From contig NC_087255.1 of assembly GCF_037042905.1 (NCBI RefSeq), positions 19,468,001 to 19,532,000 of the forward strand: DNA of 64,000 nt, read 5' to 3'. A model generated the notes under the pieces. It was given only the letters and a program-made list of their open reading frames with translations. It did not search any database and had not been told where the DNA came from. Position 1 is the stretch's first letter; the number at the start of each line of letters is the position of its first letter. A program made the translations under genes and the position numbers. The DNA comes from Lytechinus pictus (Eukaryota). Positions 51,556-64,000 of the stretch are shown in pieces.

Positions 51556-53961
51556 GATCCATGGGTGCGGAGTCTAATCACTTGTATTTTACAGAAGTGT
51601 GTCCCCTTTTAGCCTACACCTCGTATACCATATACGTTTACGCCCCATCGTAGTCATCGCATGCATACTACTATTATATTAGCTGCGGTGTTTGTATGTT
51701 CAGCGCACTAATTGATGATTAATTAACGGGGATAGGTATAGACGGGGTTCAACCAATATGCTAAAGCGCCGATATTGCCAGTGGATATTATTAAACGCAT
51801 ATGAAGGGAATGTATAGCTAATAGATGGGTTCAGATGTGGATGAATTCCATGAAGTGCATCATTAAAAATTCAGTTTTTCTTGTACAACAATGAGAGCCA
51901 ATACCTCTTGGCTTTATGCGTGACGTAAATCCAACGTTATCATGTTTATGTTTTTACTATCATGATACGGTTTTTGTCATTGCATTCATCTCAATCATTT
52001 CCTTTCCCTAGTTTATCGGTTAATATATTTCTACTGAATACCTTTTAACACATTGCTTTACCTATTTCATCTTCGTTGTCATTTGTTTCTTTTTCCATCC
52101 CCTCCCTCTTCTCATCTCACTCTCAGGATTTGTTTTCTATTCTGTACATTACAACATCACAGCTTTGCGTGTTAAAGAGGGTTAATCAATAGCAAACTTA
52201 CATCGGCATACATGATAGTATGGTAAATTACCAAAAATAACTAATATATTGTGCTCTTTGTCATTCGTTTTATATCCATGCACCCATCCGACCCCTCTTT
52301 TCGCTACCAGGGGGTACCCACTGCACCCCTCCCTGTTCGATCGTTACTGATTAGGACGTACACGCATAGTGCCGGCGTTGAGTAGTCCGAGTGTGTATAT
52401 GTTGCTATGTAAACAAGACAGGATTTCACCTGCGGCACTCACTGTCAACAAAGACGCAAGCCGAGAATGAAACAAAAAAGAAAGAAAGAAAAAAAGAAAA
52501 AAAAAGAAAGAAAGACAGAAAGAAAGAACAGATAGACAGATAGATTTGTGGATAGAGAAAAAAAAAGAAGTGGAGATGGAGGAAAGGGGGGGGGGGGACA
52601 GGCAGAGAGAAAAGGATAGATGTCATAACGGCATTTTTTAATGAGTTTTCTTTTAGGACCATTATCATGATTATACATCCCTTTGTAATTTAACATTAAC
52701 AAAATACATAATCGATTACATGAGATAAAAATATTAAAGTTATAAGAGTTTGTATTTATAAATGAAAAATTACAAGCAATGAGAATAAACACTATTTTAG
52801 TTATCGGTGCCTCATTAATGCATTATTGGTTGAATTTCCATAATGCATTAATCTATGAAGAAGATGGTGATGCAGCAAATTTGGCCCGGGTTCAAATGGG
52901 GGAAGGGCGGAGGGGGCAGGGGGTAAAGGTAATTTTCGAACTTCTGATGATTCTTAGAAGATAGCTAACATTTCCTGGGACCTGTTAGAGATGTAAACAA
53001 AACTGAATACTGCTACAATGTATCATTTCCAGCTGATAAACCGCATCAAATAATAGAGCGACAATCGATAAATATCTATCAAACGATACCATTCCTATCA
53101 AAATATATTAAATTCGTTTCAATGTGATTACAAGAAACATGTTCTTTTTAATAATAAATAAATAACATTTACAAATTTTGATATTTACGAGTTGAAATAT
53201 ATTCCATTATGATAGGCAAGTCCATATGTTTCAATTTTGTCAGTTATACACATCGGATTAGGTATTTGGACACCGTAGGAACGAAGAAACAGACACCTGT
53301 AACTAAACGGATGTTTTCCCTGGAAAATATAAAAATAAGGGTAAAGTCCCGATACTGCTCTTGAAGATTATGATAGAACTCACAATTATCTTAATTATTG
53401 AAAAACGGACGATTTCAGAGGAAAGGCAGATGTGATATTATTAACTAATGTATCCATGTTCCACATGAATCCTTGCATACGTGCTTCAAAATGTACTGCC
53501 GTCTCAATAAAGTTGTTAGGCTATAGAATGATTATTTTTGGAGACAGAGATCTCGATGTATGCCTGAGCCAGTAGATCCTCGGTTTGAGAAAAGAAAGAA
53601 CAACTCGATGATCCCTTTTGCCGATGATATCATGTTTCGGTATCTTTGGGGACCTAGGATGAGGAAGGATATCCTGGATTGGTAGTTGATTATTCTTCCC
53701 GTTTCTAATGATGTCAAAGGTCTATAGGCATTTGATTGCATCGCAACTGATTAGGGAATTCGATGAAGATGTTTTTCTTTTCGTCTGTATATTCTGTTTT
53801 GGTGATGGCGAGTTGTATCGCCAGTGGCTGTTGTTCGGATCTATTTTTCTGCGGGACACCAAGATGTTTTTCACATTATATTTTGGAGTAATATTTTGGT
53901 CAATGATGCCTGGTCCTTTTGAGACAAAACAACGCGATTTTAATTGAAAGCCATTGCGAAT

Positions 53962-54251
53962 ATAATAATAATAATAATAGGCATTTATAAAGCGCCATCT
54001 ATCTAGAAATAATCTATTCCGAGGCGCATTGTTTATCATTATTATTACCCCGGCTTTAGCTCGAGCTGCCTCTCAGCGCTCAGTGCATTCAATGAATTAA
54101 TCCTGACGGGTACCTATTCACCTCACCTGGGTTGAGTGCAGCACAATGTGGATAAATTTTTTACTGAAGGAAATTACTCCATGGCTGGGATTCGAACCCA
54201 CGACCCTCTGTTTCAAAGTCAGAAGACTAATCCACTTGGCCACAACGCTCC
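53962..54251 (-). mobile_element. tRNA-derived SINE, well preserved
   Basis: Reverse complement begins GGAGCGTTGTGGCCAAGTGGATTAGTCTTCTGACTTTGAAACAGAGGGTCGTGGGTTCGAATCCCAGCC with intact A and B boxes, and ends GCGCTTTATAAATGCC(TAT)n. Confidence 0.9.
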
Positions 54252-55180
54252 ACATATAATGCTATTGCATTTGCAAACGGTAGAAAAGAAGCAAACTACA
54301 CTAACAACAGGCAAATTAATTATCATGGTCATGGGTAAAGAAAAAGAAAACAGAAAGAACTAAAATAAAGTAATTGAAAAGGACGGATAAATGAGAGGAG
54401 AGGGTAAATGTGAAGATAGGATATGACAAGAATTTCGAGAAGAGTAAAGCTAACTTAATGATCAAATATCAATGCTTTAAAAATGAAATCGAGTTGTATG
54501 GTAAGTCAATATTCATGATTGTATTGGTGTATCAATATTCATGGCATTAATGTGTTGTATGCTATGAAAGAACGGAATATTGCTGCTTTTCGCATAGAAA
54601 TAACTCCATTGACTGCCTACCTTTAAACACAATATCACGATGACAATGAAGGCCCAGAGCCTTGCAGCATCTCGGCTGTGGTGTGACGTCGGTCAATACT
54701 GCACTAGATACAGACACACGACATCTCACGTGCCAAGGGGATCGTGAAATTAAAAAAAGTGTTAGATGGCGATCGATATCATACGAATGTTGGCATTCAC
54801 TGTGATCATGTTACAATCGATATAAACAGTAAATCAAATACAAACCACGCGACAAAACAGGGACGAGATTTACTTTGAAAACTAGTCCATGTAATGTGTG
54901 TATTCATTATGTTCACGTGCATGCCTTTGCGCGCCCTCCAAACCAAGTGCATCCTACGAAATTATGCTCGACGTAATTTCTGCACGAAAGATGCGGAATT
55001 TATGAAAGACGTTTTCATTATGTTGTCCAAGTTGATGTGTGTATGACGTCAGTAGTGGAATGAGATAATATACGATCTGCTGGCTTCTGTCTGGGAGTTT
55101 CATCCATGTTAGATCTGATGTGAAGGTATTATTCAACGCAATCATTTTTGGTGATTTTTCAGACTACCGGTACATCATAT

Positions 55181-55296
55181 GGGCAGATAGCTCTGGGGAA
55201 CCTTGATTTAAGCTAAGCCTACCATTGTTCTCTTCATTAATTTCTTTCACAATGTTATTTTTAAACAAGAGTTGTCAATGCTGATGTACATGTATA

Positions 55297-55330
<34 letters not shown>

Positions 55331-55500
55331 CATCACCAATTTTTCCAAAGGGTAGATAGCTCTGGGGAACCTTGATTTAAGCTACGCCTACCATTGTTCT
55401 CTTCATCCATTTCTTTACAATATTTAAATAAAATAGTTGCCAAAGCTGCTGTACATGTATAACTTTACACATTTATATATATATTTATATATATATATAC
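55181..55500. repeat. Two-copy tandem duplication (period 169 bp), each unit ending in (TA)n
   Basis: GGGYAGATAGCTCTGGGGAACCTTGATTTAAGCTAMGCCTACCATTGTTCTCTTCAT at 55181 and 55350. Confidence 0.9.
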
Positions 55501-57733
55501 ATACACACACACACACACACACTCATTATATCAAGTTAATTATGAAATTTGTTCAGACCTATATTATACATGATTGTTTTTTTTATGGAAATACATCGAC
55601 CAAATAATCGAATCGAAATAATGAAGCTACAGTACGCAGAACCAATACTAGTTAGTGTCAGAATATATGAATTCATGGTTTATTTGAAAACATGACCTAG
55701 CAGCCATACTTGAATAAAATACAAACATCCCCATAGAATAATGGTTTGAATAAAATCACAGTGTTTCAATCCTATGAAAATTACACTTGATTAATCACAC
55801 ACTACGTGTATTAAGAAATATAGCACGACTCTTATTATTGATTAATGACTCGATTAGGCACTGCCTTTTACGCAAAAGTGGTTGATCATAGCGAATGGCA
55901 CAGGTTTGGTCAGTGAAAAGGGATCCTTAGAATAAGTGGAAATGAAAGTCACAGGCGAATCTATTAGATTCATTGCACGAAACTCATACAGACAATGGCT
56001 AGCTTTGACGTTAAGATGTCTAAGTCCAACTCTTCAGAAATAGATTTGCCTATTTTGCCCAGAACCATTATAAGTGAGAACACGAAGACGGAAAATCCCT
56101 AGTTCATTGTTACGTTTTTTCTGTAGTTTTGTTATGTGATATTCTATTTTAAGTATTCTATCAAGTACTACTTTAATCGATTTCTATATGCTTTTCATGT
56201 AAAATACCTACCTCCCCTTTATAGAATCCACATCTTAAAATCTATATTTTCTCTGCTAGCAAATTACTCCCTGAAAAAAATCGATGGCTCTCTTTTTTTT
56301 CCACTCGTCGTTACAAGTTCATTTCACCTCGCGTCACCGATTCCTCTTTTTTGTGTTCGTTCTGGCGGCGTGTACCTTTAAAGGCACTCCAGAATTATGC
56401 TTTGTGTCGATATTGATTGTGAAGCAGTGCTCCAAGTAATAATCCAACGACTCATCACACTTTGTAATGCGAATTGAATCAAACTACACCGGGCTATATA
56501 TAGCCGAGGTAAATTTGATAATTCTGGGTTCTCTGGCGGAGAAATCCGCTCAGGCTTTACCGATACATAACGCAGGAGTACAATGAATAATTTCTGCTAA
56601 TACCAAAAATGAGAAGGGAGAAAATTGACAAAAGACAGCAGCGAGACAACAAGGGCAGAATATAATAGTATTAAATATCGTCTCTTGTTCCGAGTCAAAT
56701 GTAACTATTCACCTCGCTTCATAGAATTTACCATTGCACAGTCACACTATGAATGTAATTCAAATTATGACGATAATAATACTAATGATAAAATGCATGG
56801 CCCGATTATTGCATGGTTGGTAATTATCATGATTATCATTGCTAAAATAAAGTAAGAAAATAAAATGCTCCCTATACCTGGTTGATGACATCATTTTTCT
56901 GCTACTGACACTGGGCCTGTTTCATGATTTTGACATTAAAAGAACTAGAGTAATCACCAAATTAATGAGAGGAATGCTCTTATTTGTAGATTCATTGTCC
57001 TTTTAACTAAAACGGTTGAGAAACTGCCAATTTAGAAAAAAAGTATGACTACAGTCCAGATTATGATTGCTATTTTCATTGTTACCACGGGCAGGATAAT
57101 CCTCAAAAGGCCAGTGATTCCTAAAGTGGACATGGTTAGGATAAAGATATAACCCGATCCTGCAATAGATGGTCTTAACCTTCTCGTCTCCCTCCATTAT
57201 GTTCTACATTGATCACTGTTGATTACAAGTTGCAATACAGGTCAACCGAAGGGACACCGAATTAGATATATCTGAGATAACAAAAAGGTCAAATATAGAT
57301 AAAGACATAGATGTAAAGGATTCAAATGAATTTGGGCATGCCAAAGCAGCCGGATGGAGTCATAAAACCCAGGTCTAGCGATTCTACTCAGACTCGGTAC
57401 GTTGCACACAGAATGTACCTACTTTGGGAATCTAGAACATGAAGTGGAAAAAGGAGGGATGGCAATGGAAAGAATACAAGAGAGAATAAACAAGTATGTG
57501 TTTGCGTGAAGGTGAGTGTGTGGGTTCGAAAGTGAGTGAGATGAGTGTACGCGCGCGGTTCTGTAAGCAGGCGATTGGAAGTTGTTAATCTAAGATAGAG
57601 AACATGGAAGGCAATCGTTATTATGTATTCAAAGAACGTGCATATATTATATACAAACAGATATATATTGGGGGAGTGTGTATGTGTGTGTGTGTGATAG
57701 ATAATGTGTGTCTATAACTGAAGATAAAGAGAT

Positions 57734-57768
<35 letters not shown>

Positions 57769-60700
57769 GAGAAAGAGAGAACTGCGGAGGAATGAGGCAG
57801 AAAAGTCAGCGTGGATACGTTGGAAAGTTTCTATGCTGTATTTGATTTCATTACGGATTGCTGCGGATTGAACCGGAAGCGCGAGGGTCTGACTTCCGTT
57901 AAGATGTGCAAGCACCTCCATGAATCCAGCTGGGATTCCTGGAGCTACTTCCCGTGCCCTCTTGATCTCTCACCATCTTTCCCTCGAGACAAGAATCACG
58001 TAAATATATCGATTCCCGCACCCAACCACATCACATTCAATCGCAAAAAAAAAGAACAAGGTTGTCAGGTAACAACAGCAAAATGGCGACTGATGTAACG
58101 TCGGCAGAGGTTGATACTGTAATATTTCATGGATATCATTATGTTCTGTTACAACCATCTTGCGTTTCAAACGGGTATACTATGTGCATCCTCATGAGAA
58201 CATAACATGAAAAGTGTAATAACCGGCACTCTTCGTACATCAATCATGATAATCCCCATTTCGGTCCACAACAGCCTTAAGCACGTTAAACACTTACATC
58301 GTAATAACGCGACGCTTAATCGCTTATATATAAATATTCTGGTTTGGTTTCATTTAAACACATACGTGTCTTTTTTTATTTTGATTCGTATTGATTTTTG
58401 TAATTCTCCTATGAAATGCAAATAAATAGATCATTTGTCATTTTGAACGCAGCCATTCCTTTGGTTTATTAATGGCTGTTGATTTGGGGATAAAAACTAT
58501 AACATGACAGTTAAATGCGTTAAGAACCTTTCTGTTAATACGAACATGTCATTTACAACACACAAACACACACATTTGCCTTCTAAATATTATCTTGACG
58601 GGCGGGGAGTCAAAATTGATTGCCTTGCTTCAATATCGTGTACAGGTTTACCAAAGAAATGCATAATTTTTACTTTCAACTCATTTAAGTTCATGGAGCG
58701 ATTGGATCGAAGCACGGTTTGTTTGTATTGAGAGGGGTTTAATTAGCTTCACGAACGGTTACCCCAGCCCGCACCGCGCTGGGCCAGGGAACGATGACGT
58801 TATTTCGATTAAGATTAGACCAATTGTAAGCAGAGCAGCGACCTGGCAAGCACATACGACATGGCCATCACTGGCAGACTGGTGTCAATACCTATGACCT
58901 AATTAGCCAAGAGAATCGCAGCGGCATTACCCAAATGATATTGGCTTGTGCAAACGTGGTGGGAACAAGCTTGGAGGGGAGAGGGAAGAGATATCAATTC
59001 ACGGATTGTACTTAACTATGTGGTCCGTGTGTGTGTACTGAGAGGTGTGCAAATATATCCAGATAATAATGATAATAGGGAAAATATATGTAAAGGTAGC
59101 GTGCCGAAAGTGTTTAAGTACGTTGGAAAGGTAATGAATATAGAGATGCAGAGATAGAGAAAGAAGGGGAAACAGGGATAAAAATAGAAGGAGCGATAAA
59201 GATAAAGAGGTGGGGTTGGCTGATCCACCTAGGCAATTCAATGGCCTAAAAAGTATTCCTCTGAACAGAGAAACCGTATGGAAAAGAAAAAAAAAAATCG
59301 TGTTTAAAACCTTGGACACACGGAAAAAAGAAGAAGAAAGGTGTGCGTGGGTGGAAATTGAGTGTGTGTAAGTGGGGACATAATATGAACCAACATAGAA
59401 TACATGGATGAAGGTAGGGTGAAAAGTGGGTTTGGTGATAGCGAAAGACATGCAGAGATGTGGACAGAGAGAGAGAGAGAGGGGGGGGGGGTATGTATAA
59501 CACACAAGGGGGGGGGGGGTAAGGAAGCGTTGCCTGAGGTTAAGTGGCAAGTAATATTTAATATTTATGCCCTGGGACGTGCGCTAATTACCGATAACTA
59601 ACACAATTATTACGTCACCGCAGTGAGATGTATTGACCGTCAATTATAACTGTCAATCGCAAAATGCCTGTAGCATTCCATTATCACGCAACGCGCCAAA
59701 TGCAATTGTTTTCTATTAATTGTATAACGTATTTGATTGTTTTTTAATGTTATTTTTTCAACTTAAAGTGGCTGTTATATTCATAACGCCTTATTTATGT
59801 ATAAAGTTGGACAAAACATCATCATTTGTATAAATGATTTATGGTTATGCTGTCTTGTGAAGGGCATGTGAACTGCTTGCAAACAGCTCGATTATTTTTT
59901 GTCGAAATGTAATCATGGTAATGGATGTCATAGGATTATACTTAAAGACTATCAGAGCGTTTGACCATGTACTTAAACAAATCATAAAAATCATAAAAAA
60001 AATAAATAAATAAAAATAATAAATATCACAATTACAACGTTCAATACATGCTGTCATGAAAAATCTTAATCACAGTCATTGAGCTTTTACTTTTGCCGTC
60101 TAATGGCTCGGAATAGAAATGGGCCACAATGTCGACCGAAGTACATTTAAACAGATCAAAATAAATGGTTTATGTTTAAAAGACCTCTTGTTCGGGCACA
60201 CCGCATGTCTGATATAGGTCATGAATGACTCGATATCGGGAGCAATAACATGGTAACCAAAACAAGTCAAAAGCATGATAAGTATTTTGTGGTCAAGCAA
60301 TAAATAGGACAAGTGCAATGAACATATGGGTAGTGAAGTATAGCTTTAGACATGTTAGATGGAATCCGTCTACTAATGGAGATACTTGTAACGGTTTTTG
60401 CATCCCGGTCTCACAATAATCAACCCTAATTGTTCCGTCGTCTGGTCATGATGTTGAAGTAATTTTTTGCGAGATTTGATGACCTTTAATCAGGGGGTTT
60501 GGGGGTAATAAGGGGATGGTAGAAGGATTGAGAGTGGTAAAAATAATGATGGAGAGAGATAGATAGAGATGGGGGAGGGGAGAGGGGAGGTGCCAATTGG
60601 AAACAGAAGGAGAACAAACACGCACACACGCAAATAGAGATAAATATATAGAAAGAGCGAGTGAGACAGGGAAAGAGAAAGTGAGAGGGTGACAGAGAGA

Positions 60701-61415
60701 CACACATGCACACCCACCCACCCACCCCACACACCAAACGCCACACACATACACACACACACCCTCCCTCACCAAAACCTATAAACACACAAAGAGAGAG
60801 AAATGATGGTATATCTAGGATGAGAAAACGAAGATAATGAGGTAATGGAAATACAATAGCAAGCGGACCTTTAAAAAAGGGGTACACTGTATATATGAAA
60901 TCATTCGGAATATGCGCTGGTATAATGATGGATACGTTCATCGGTGAAGCCCGTTTGATCCATGGTTTGTGTGTGTGAGTGATGTAGGAGAAGAGACGAG
61001 GAGGAGAGAGGATATGGAAATAGAAGGTGGGGAGGTAGCAACTTCGAAGAGAAACTGAAAGATATAGGGAGGGACTGGGTGAGGAAAGAAGGAATATAAG
61101 GGTGTTGAAAATGAGATGGCGAGTGATATGGAGTGGCTGCGAGAGCTTATTCAAACCTTGAAAGTGCCTTCCTCTTGGATCTCAAGATCTGTACATCAAG
61201 TGGTTTCCTGCGGCATTTACACTGCTCAGCCACAAGTATCATCTTATTCTCCTATGCACACCCCTAGCACGAAGGAACAGGTATCATAGACAGATCTCAA
61301 AGCTACGCTAGAAACGAGTGAGGGGGAGAAATGAATGCTCGGAATCTGTGATAGGCTTACTGTTTAAAGACAATCGTCTGGCATACGCTTGCATTATCAT
61401 AGCTATTGATATTAC

Positions 61416-62257
61416 TGTTACGGCACATTTTGTTAAATTACCAAACTGTGCAATTTACCAAAATGTGCCGTAACTATATTACTGCACATTTTGGTAAAGC
61501 ACATTTGGGTAATTTACCGAAATGTGCAGTTGCCAAAATGTGCCTCAAGCATGTAACGACAGATTTTGGTAACTAATATTGCACATTTTGGTAACTTCTG
61601 GGATCATTCGCTCAGTTGTCTATACTCATTCATTGCATAAAAATGCAATCCTATCAGGTGGTCTCTATTTTCTTAAACCACATCGGCTAAACCCATTTGG
61701 TTTACCATTAACTTTGTCTAATCGTCAGTTGCTTTAAGTTCTCCATGGTCTTGTTCGGTTTATGTCCACTACGTCCAATGCCATTCCACCCAATGACCGT
61801 GTCGTCTAATGCCGTTTGGTCCAATATCATTACTTTCAATAGCCATTACGTCGAATGGGCAGTTAGTCTAGGAGCCAGTTCGTCCAATAAACACTTCGTC
61901 CGATAGCCATTTCATGCAATAGCCAGTTTGTTGGGCTCAAAGACACTTCGCCAAATAGCAATTTGGTCTACTCTAACGTCGTTTGGTCTAATATCCATTT
62001 GGTCCAATATCCACTTTTTCCTATACCAACTATTTTTGTTTGCCTCTTATCCAATACCATAATTATCAATTTTTATTCCATAATAACATTCAAATTTTTT
62101 TTTTTAAATTATGTTACCGAAATGTGCATATTGTCCAAAATGTGCAGGCACATCACATTATTACTGCACATTTTAGTAACATAAAATCCAGTCAGGCATA
62201 GGTGCATCATTGGCACACTTTGGTAACAAATTTCTTTTACCAAATTTTGCTGTAACA
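61416..62257. mobile_element. TGT...ACA-ended non-autonomous element with GCACATTTTGGTAA subterminal repeats and a probable nested MITE
   Basis: Ends TGTTACGGCACATTTTG and CAAATTTTGCTGTAACA. Many GCACATTTTGGTAA and TTACCAAAATGTGC motifs in both arms. The middle (about 61660-62060) has (T)TCGTCCAAT/TTGGTCTA repeats like 9441-9841. Confidence 0.75.
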
Positions 62258-63508
62258 AGCCCTTATAAATACAAATTACATAATTGCATAAGTAATTGAC
62301 ATCCATCTCTTTATGATTTCTACCCGTTATTTCTATTTTATTTTTTCAGTTTACTATTTGTTTCATTTTCTGTCATTACATCATACAACAGAATGTATCC
62401 CCTTCGAGTTACCTAGCATTTACACTAGTAAATACTTTTTTCTTCCATGTTTCTTGTTTTACTTTTATAAAACACATTTTTTTACAACTGTAGTAAATTG
62501 AAATTCGTCTTTAAAAAAAGATGGATTGTAGCATACAACTAAAAACTGTACTCGAAAAACATGACAAGGTTTCCACGGAGTACAACGAACACTGCTGACA
62601 TTCAATAACGGCATGATATTTTTATGCGAAACATGGATGATAGTGATGAAAAAGACCAGCGGGTCTTTTAATTGTCAGGAGGGGTTAGACACAAGAGACA
62701 GTCTTGATACTAGGGCCAGGAGGCAATCTATGTCTTCCGCGAGGGACAGACAATACACCAAGCTCGGCCAAATGAAGACATTCTCATCGCATACATTGCA
62801 CGGGGGCAGGAAATACGAGAAAATAGATTGCAAAATAATGCGCTCAAAATTTGCAGACCCGAATAATCTCCAAATGTAAACTCCTTCTCAAGGTTCACCA
62901 AGGGGGAGGACGATGGAGGGACAAAGAAACAGAAGACGCCCCAAGTGGAATACATTATGGAAACAGAACACCGTTAGGCAAAGATTTGTGTTTTAGCTCG
63001 GGTAAGCGAATGCGACAGCGTACACATTTTGGAGATTGGGGCTGAAATATCATACCATACAGATAACAAGAAAATGGGAGGATTGTAGAGATTAAGCAGC
63101 CAGCAAAGATGTGCCACCTTCAATCAAATATGATTTTTTTTAAATGAAATTCAAGTCTTTCGAACATTTAAAAAATGCATTAAGAACGAATATCATGCTT
63201 TCACGTAGAAGCAAGCTCGTCGCCACCAAAGATGTCTGAAGTCCTTGTTTTGTTGAAATTCAATCTGAAGTCTATGAATTAAACCAAGCTTATGAATTCG
63301 CGTTGATAATATTCGATGGTGCTCTTTTAAGTCAATTGCGGTTTCAAGTTGATGAACGGCGTGAAAACTATATGATCATTGAAATAAAAATACCGTAACT
63401 TAATCAAATTTCTCTTCTCTCTTGGCGGTTGCCGGCTTGAATCTAATAGTAAGGTTCAACATTATTACTCATCTTTTAATTTATTGCGTCGTGTAGACGA
63501 ATTATGTA

Positions 63509-63689
63509 CCCTCTTAAAATGTTGGGCAACATACTGTACACACAACAATAGGTTAAACATTTATTCAGGTATGGGTAGTCTTACCTAAAGCACGCATTAT
63601 TGGTTTAAAACTTCCCAGAATTAGATAATTGGGGAAGGTTTTAAGCAATTTTTGTGTGGATAGTATGTTGCCCAACATTTTTAAGAGTG
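63509..63689. mobile_element. CACT-type MITE with TA TSD
   Basis: Ends CCCTCTTAAAATGTTGGGCAACATACT and AGTATGTTGCCCAACATTTTTAAGAGTG, with TA on both sides. Confidence 0.85.
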
Positions 63690-64000
63690 TAGAATTCAAT
63701 AACCGCTTCCGTCTGTCTGTCCGTCCGTCAGTCCGTATATGCTTTACTTAGATTTCAAACCCAGCGTTGTACTGTAGAATTTAAACCTAGGCACTGTCGC
63801 TGATATTTTATTGAAATTAGATTTCTGATTATGACACAACATAGTTCACATCAAAATAAGAGAATTACATATCTATAAAAAACCAATATTCTCATTGTCG
63901 GTTATCAATGGATAGATATTCTCGATATCATAGTCGTAAACCAAACTACCGTATACAAAACTAAGATATGATCATTCGTGTTGTATTAGGTATAGACCTA

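Larger units (their letters stand above)
3117..64000 (+). other. Very large intronic region (one intron, or a few separated by micro-exons) running off the window
   Basis: Follows the GTAAGT donor. No recognisable protein-coding exon downstream; filled with TEs, microsatellites and motif-rich non-coding blocks. Confidence 0.5.

Noticed and set aside
54175-54251. Possible tRNA gene (also at 10283, 14578 and 36640)
   Set aside because: A and B boxes are present, but there is no closed acceptor stem or T-run terminator, and each continues into a SINE body and tail.
60319-60340. Resemblance to miR-71 (ATGGGTAGTGA)
   Set aside because: The seed region differs and no precursor hairpin is evident.
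58999-61154. Minus-strand ORFs of 109-222 aa, and similarly the + strand ORF 33230-33745
   Set aside because: They arise from GA/CA-rich low-complexity DNA that lacks stop codons.
62613-62879. ORF starting MIFLCETW, reminiscent of a LINE endonuclease ETW motif
   Set aside because: No other endonuclease motifs at the expected spacing; likely chance.

Overview
This is AT-rich animal genomic DNA. The repeat repertoire (tRNA-derived SINEs, TTAA-flanked foldback MITEs, (TAC)n/(GA)n/poly-G tracts) looks echinoid or other invertebrate-deuterostome, but the species cannot be fixed from sequence alone. There is no long credible ORF; the long ORFs in the track come from microsatellites or the N-gap. 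The best reading is the 5' end of a + strand gene: a CpG-rich promoter near 1.9-2.1 kb, a long uATG-rich leader, and a short first coding exon (3078-3116, MAPYTFSIFFWLT, signal-peptide-like, ending in a perfect GTAAGT donor). Over 60 kb of intronic DNA follows, with two candidate micro-exons. The intron holds about 15 non-autonomous DNA transposons (most with readable TIRs and TSDs), five tRNA-SINEs, a LINE scrap, local tandem duplications and several motif-dense blocks that look like cis-regulatory modules. There is one 306-N assembly gap. I cannot identify the gene, and I found no evidence of a new protein-coding system. The most interesting signals are regulatory or transposon-related.
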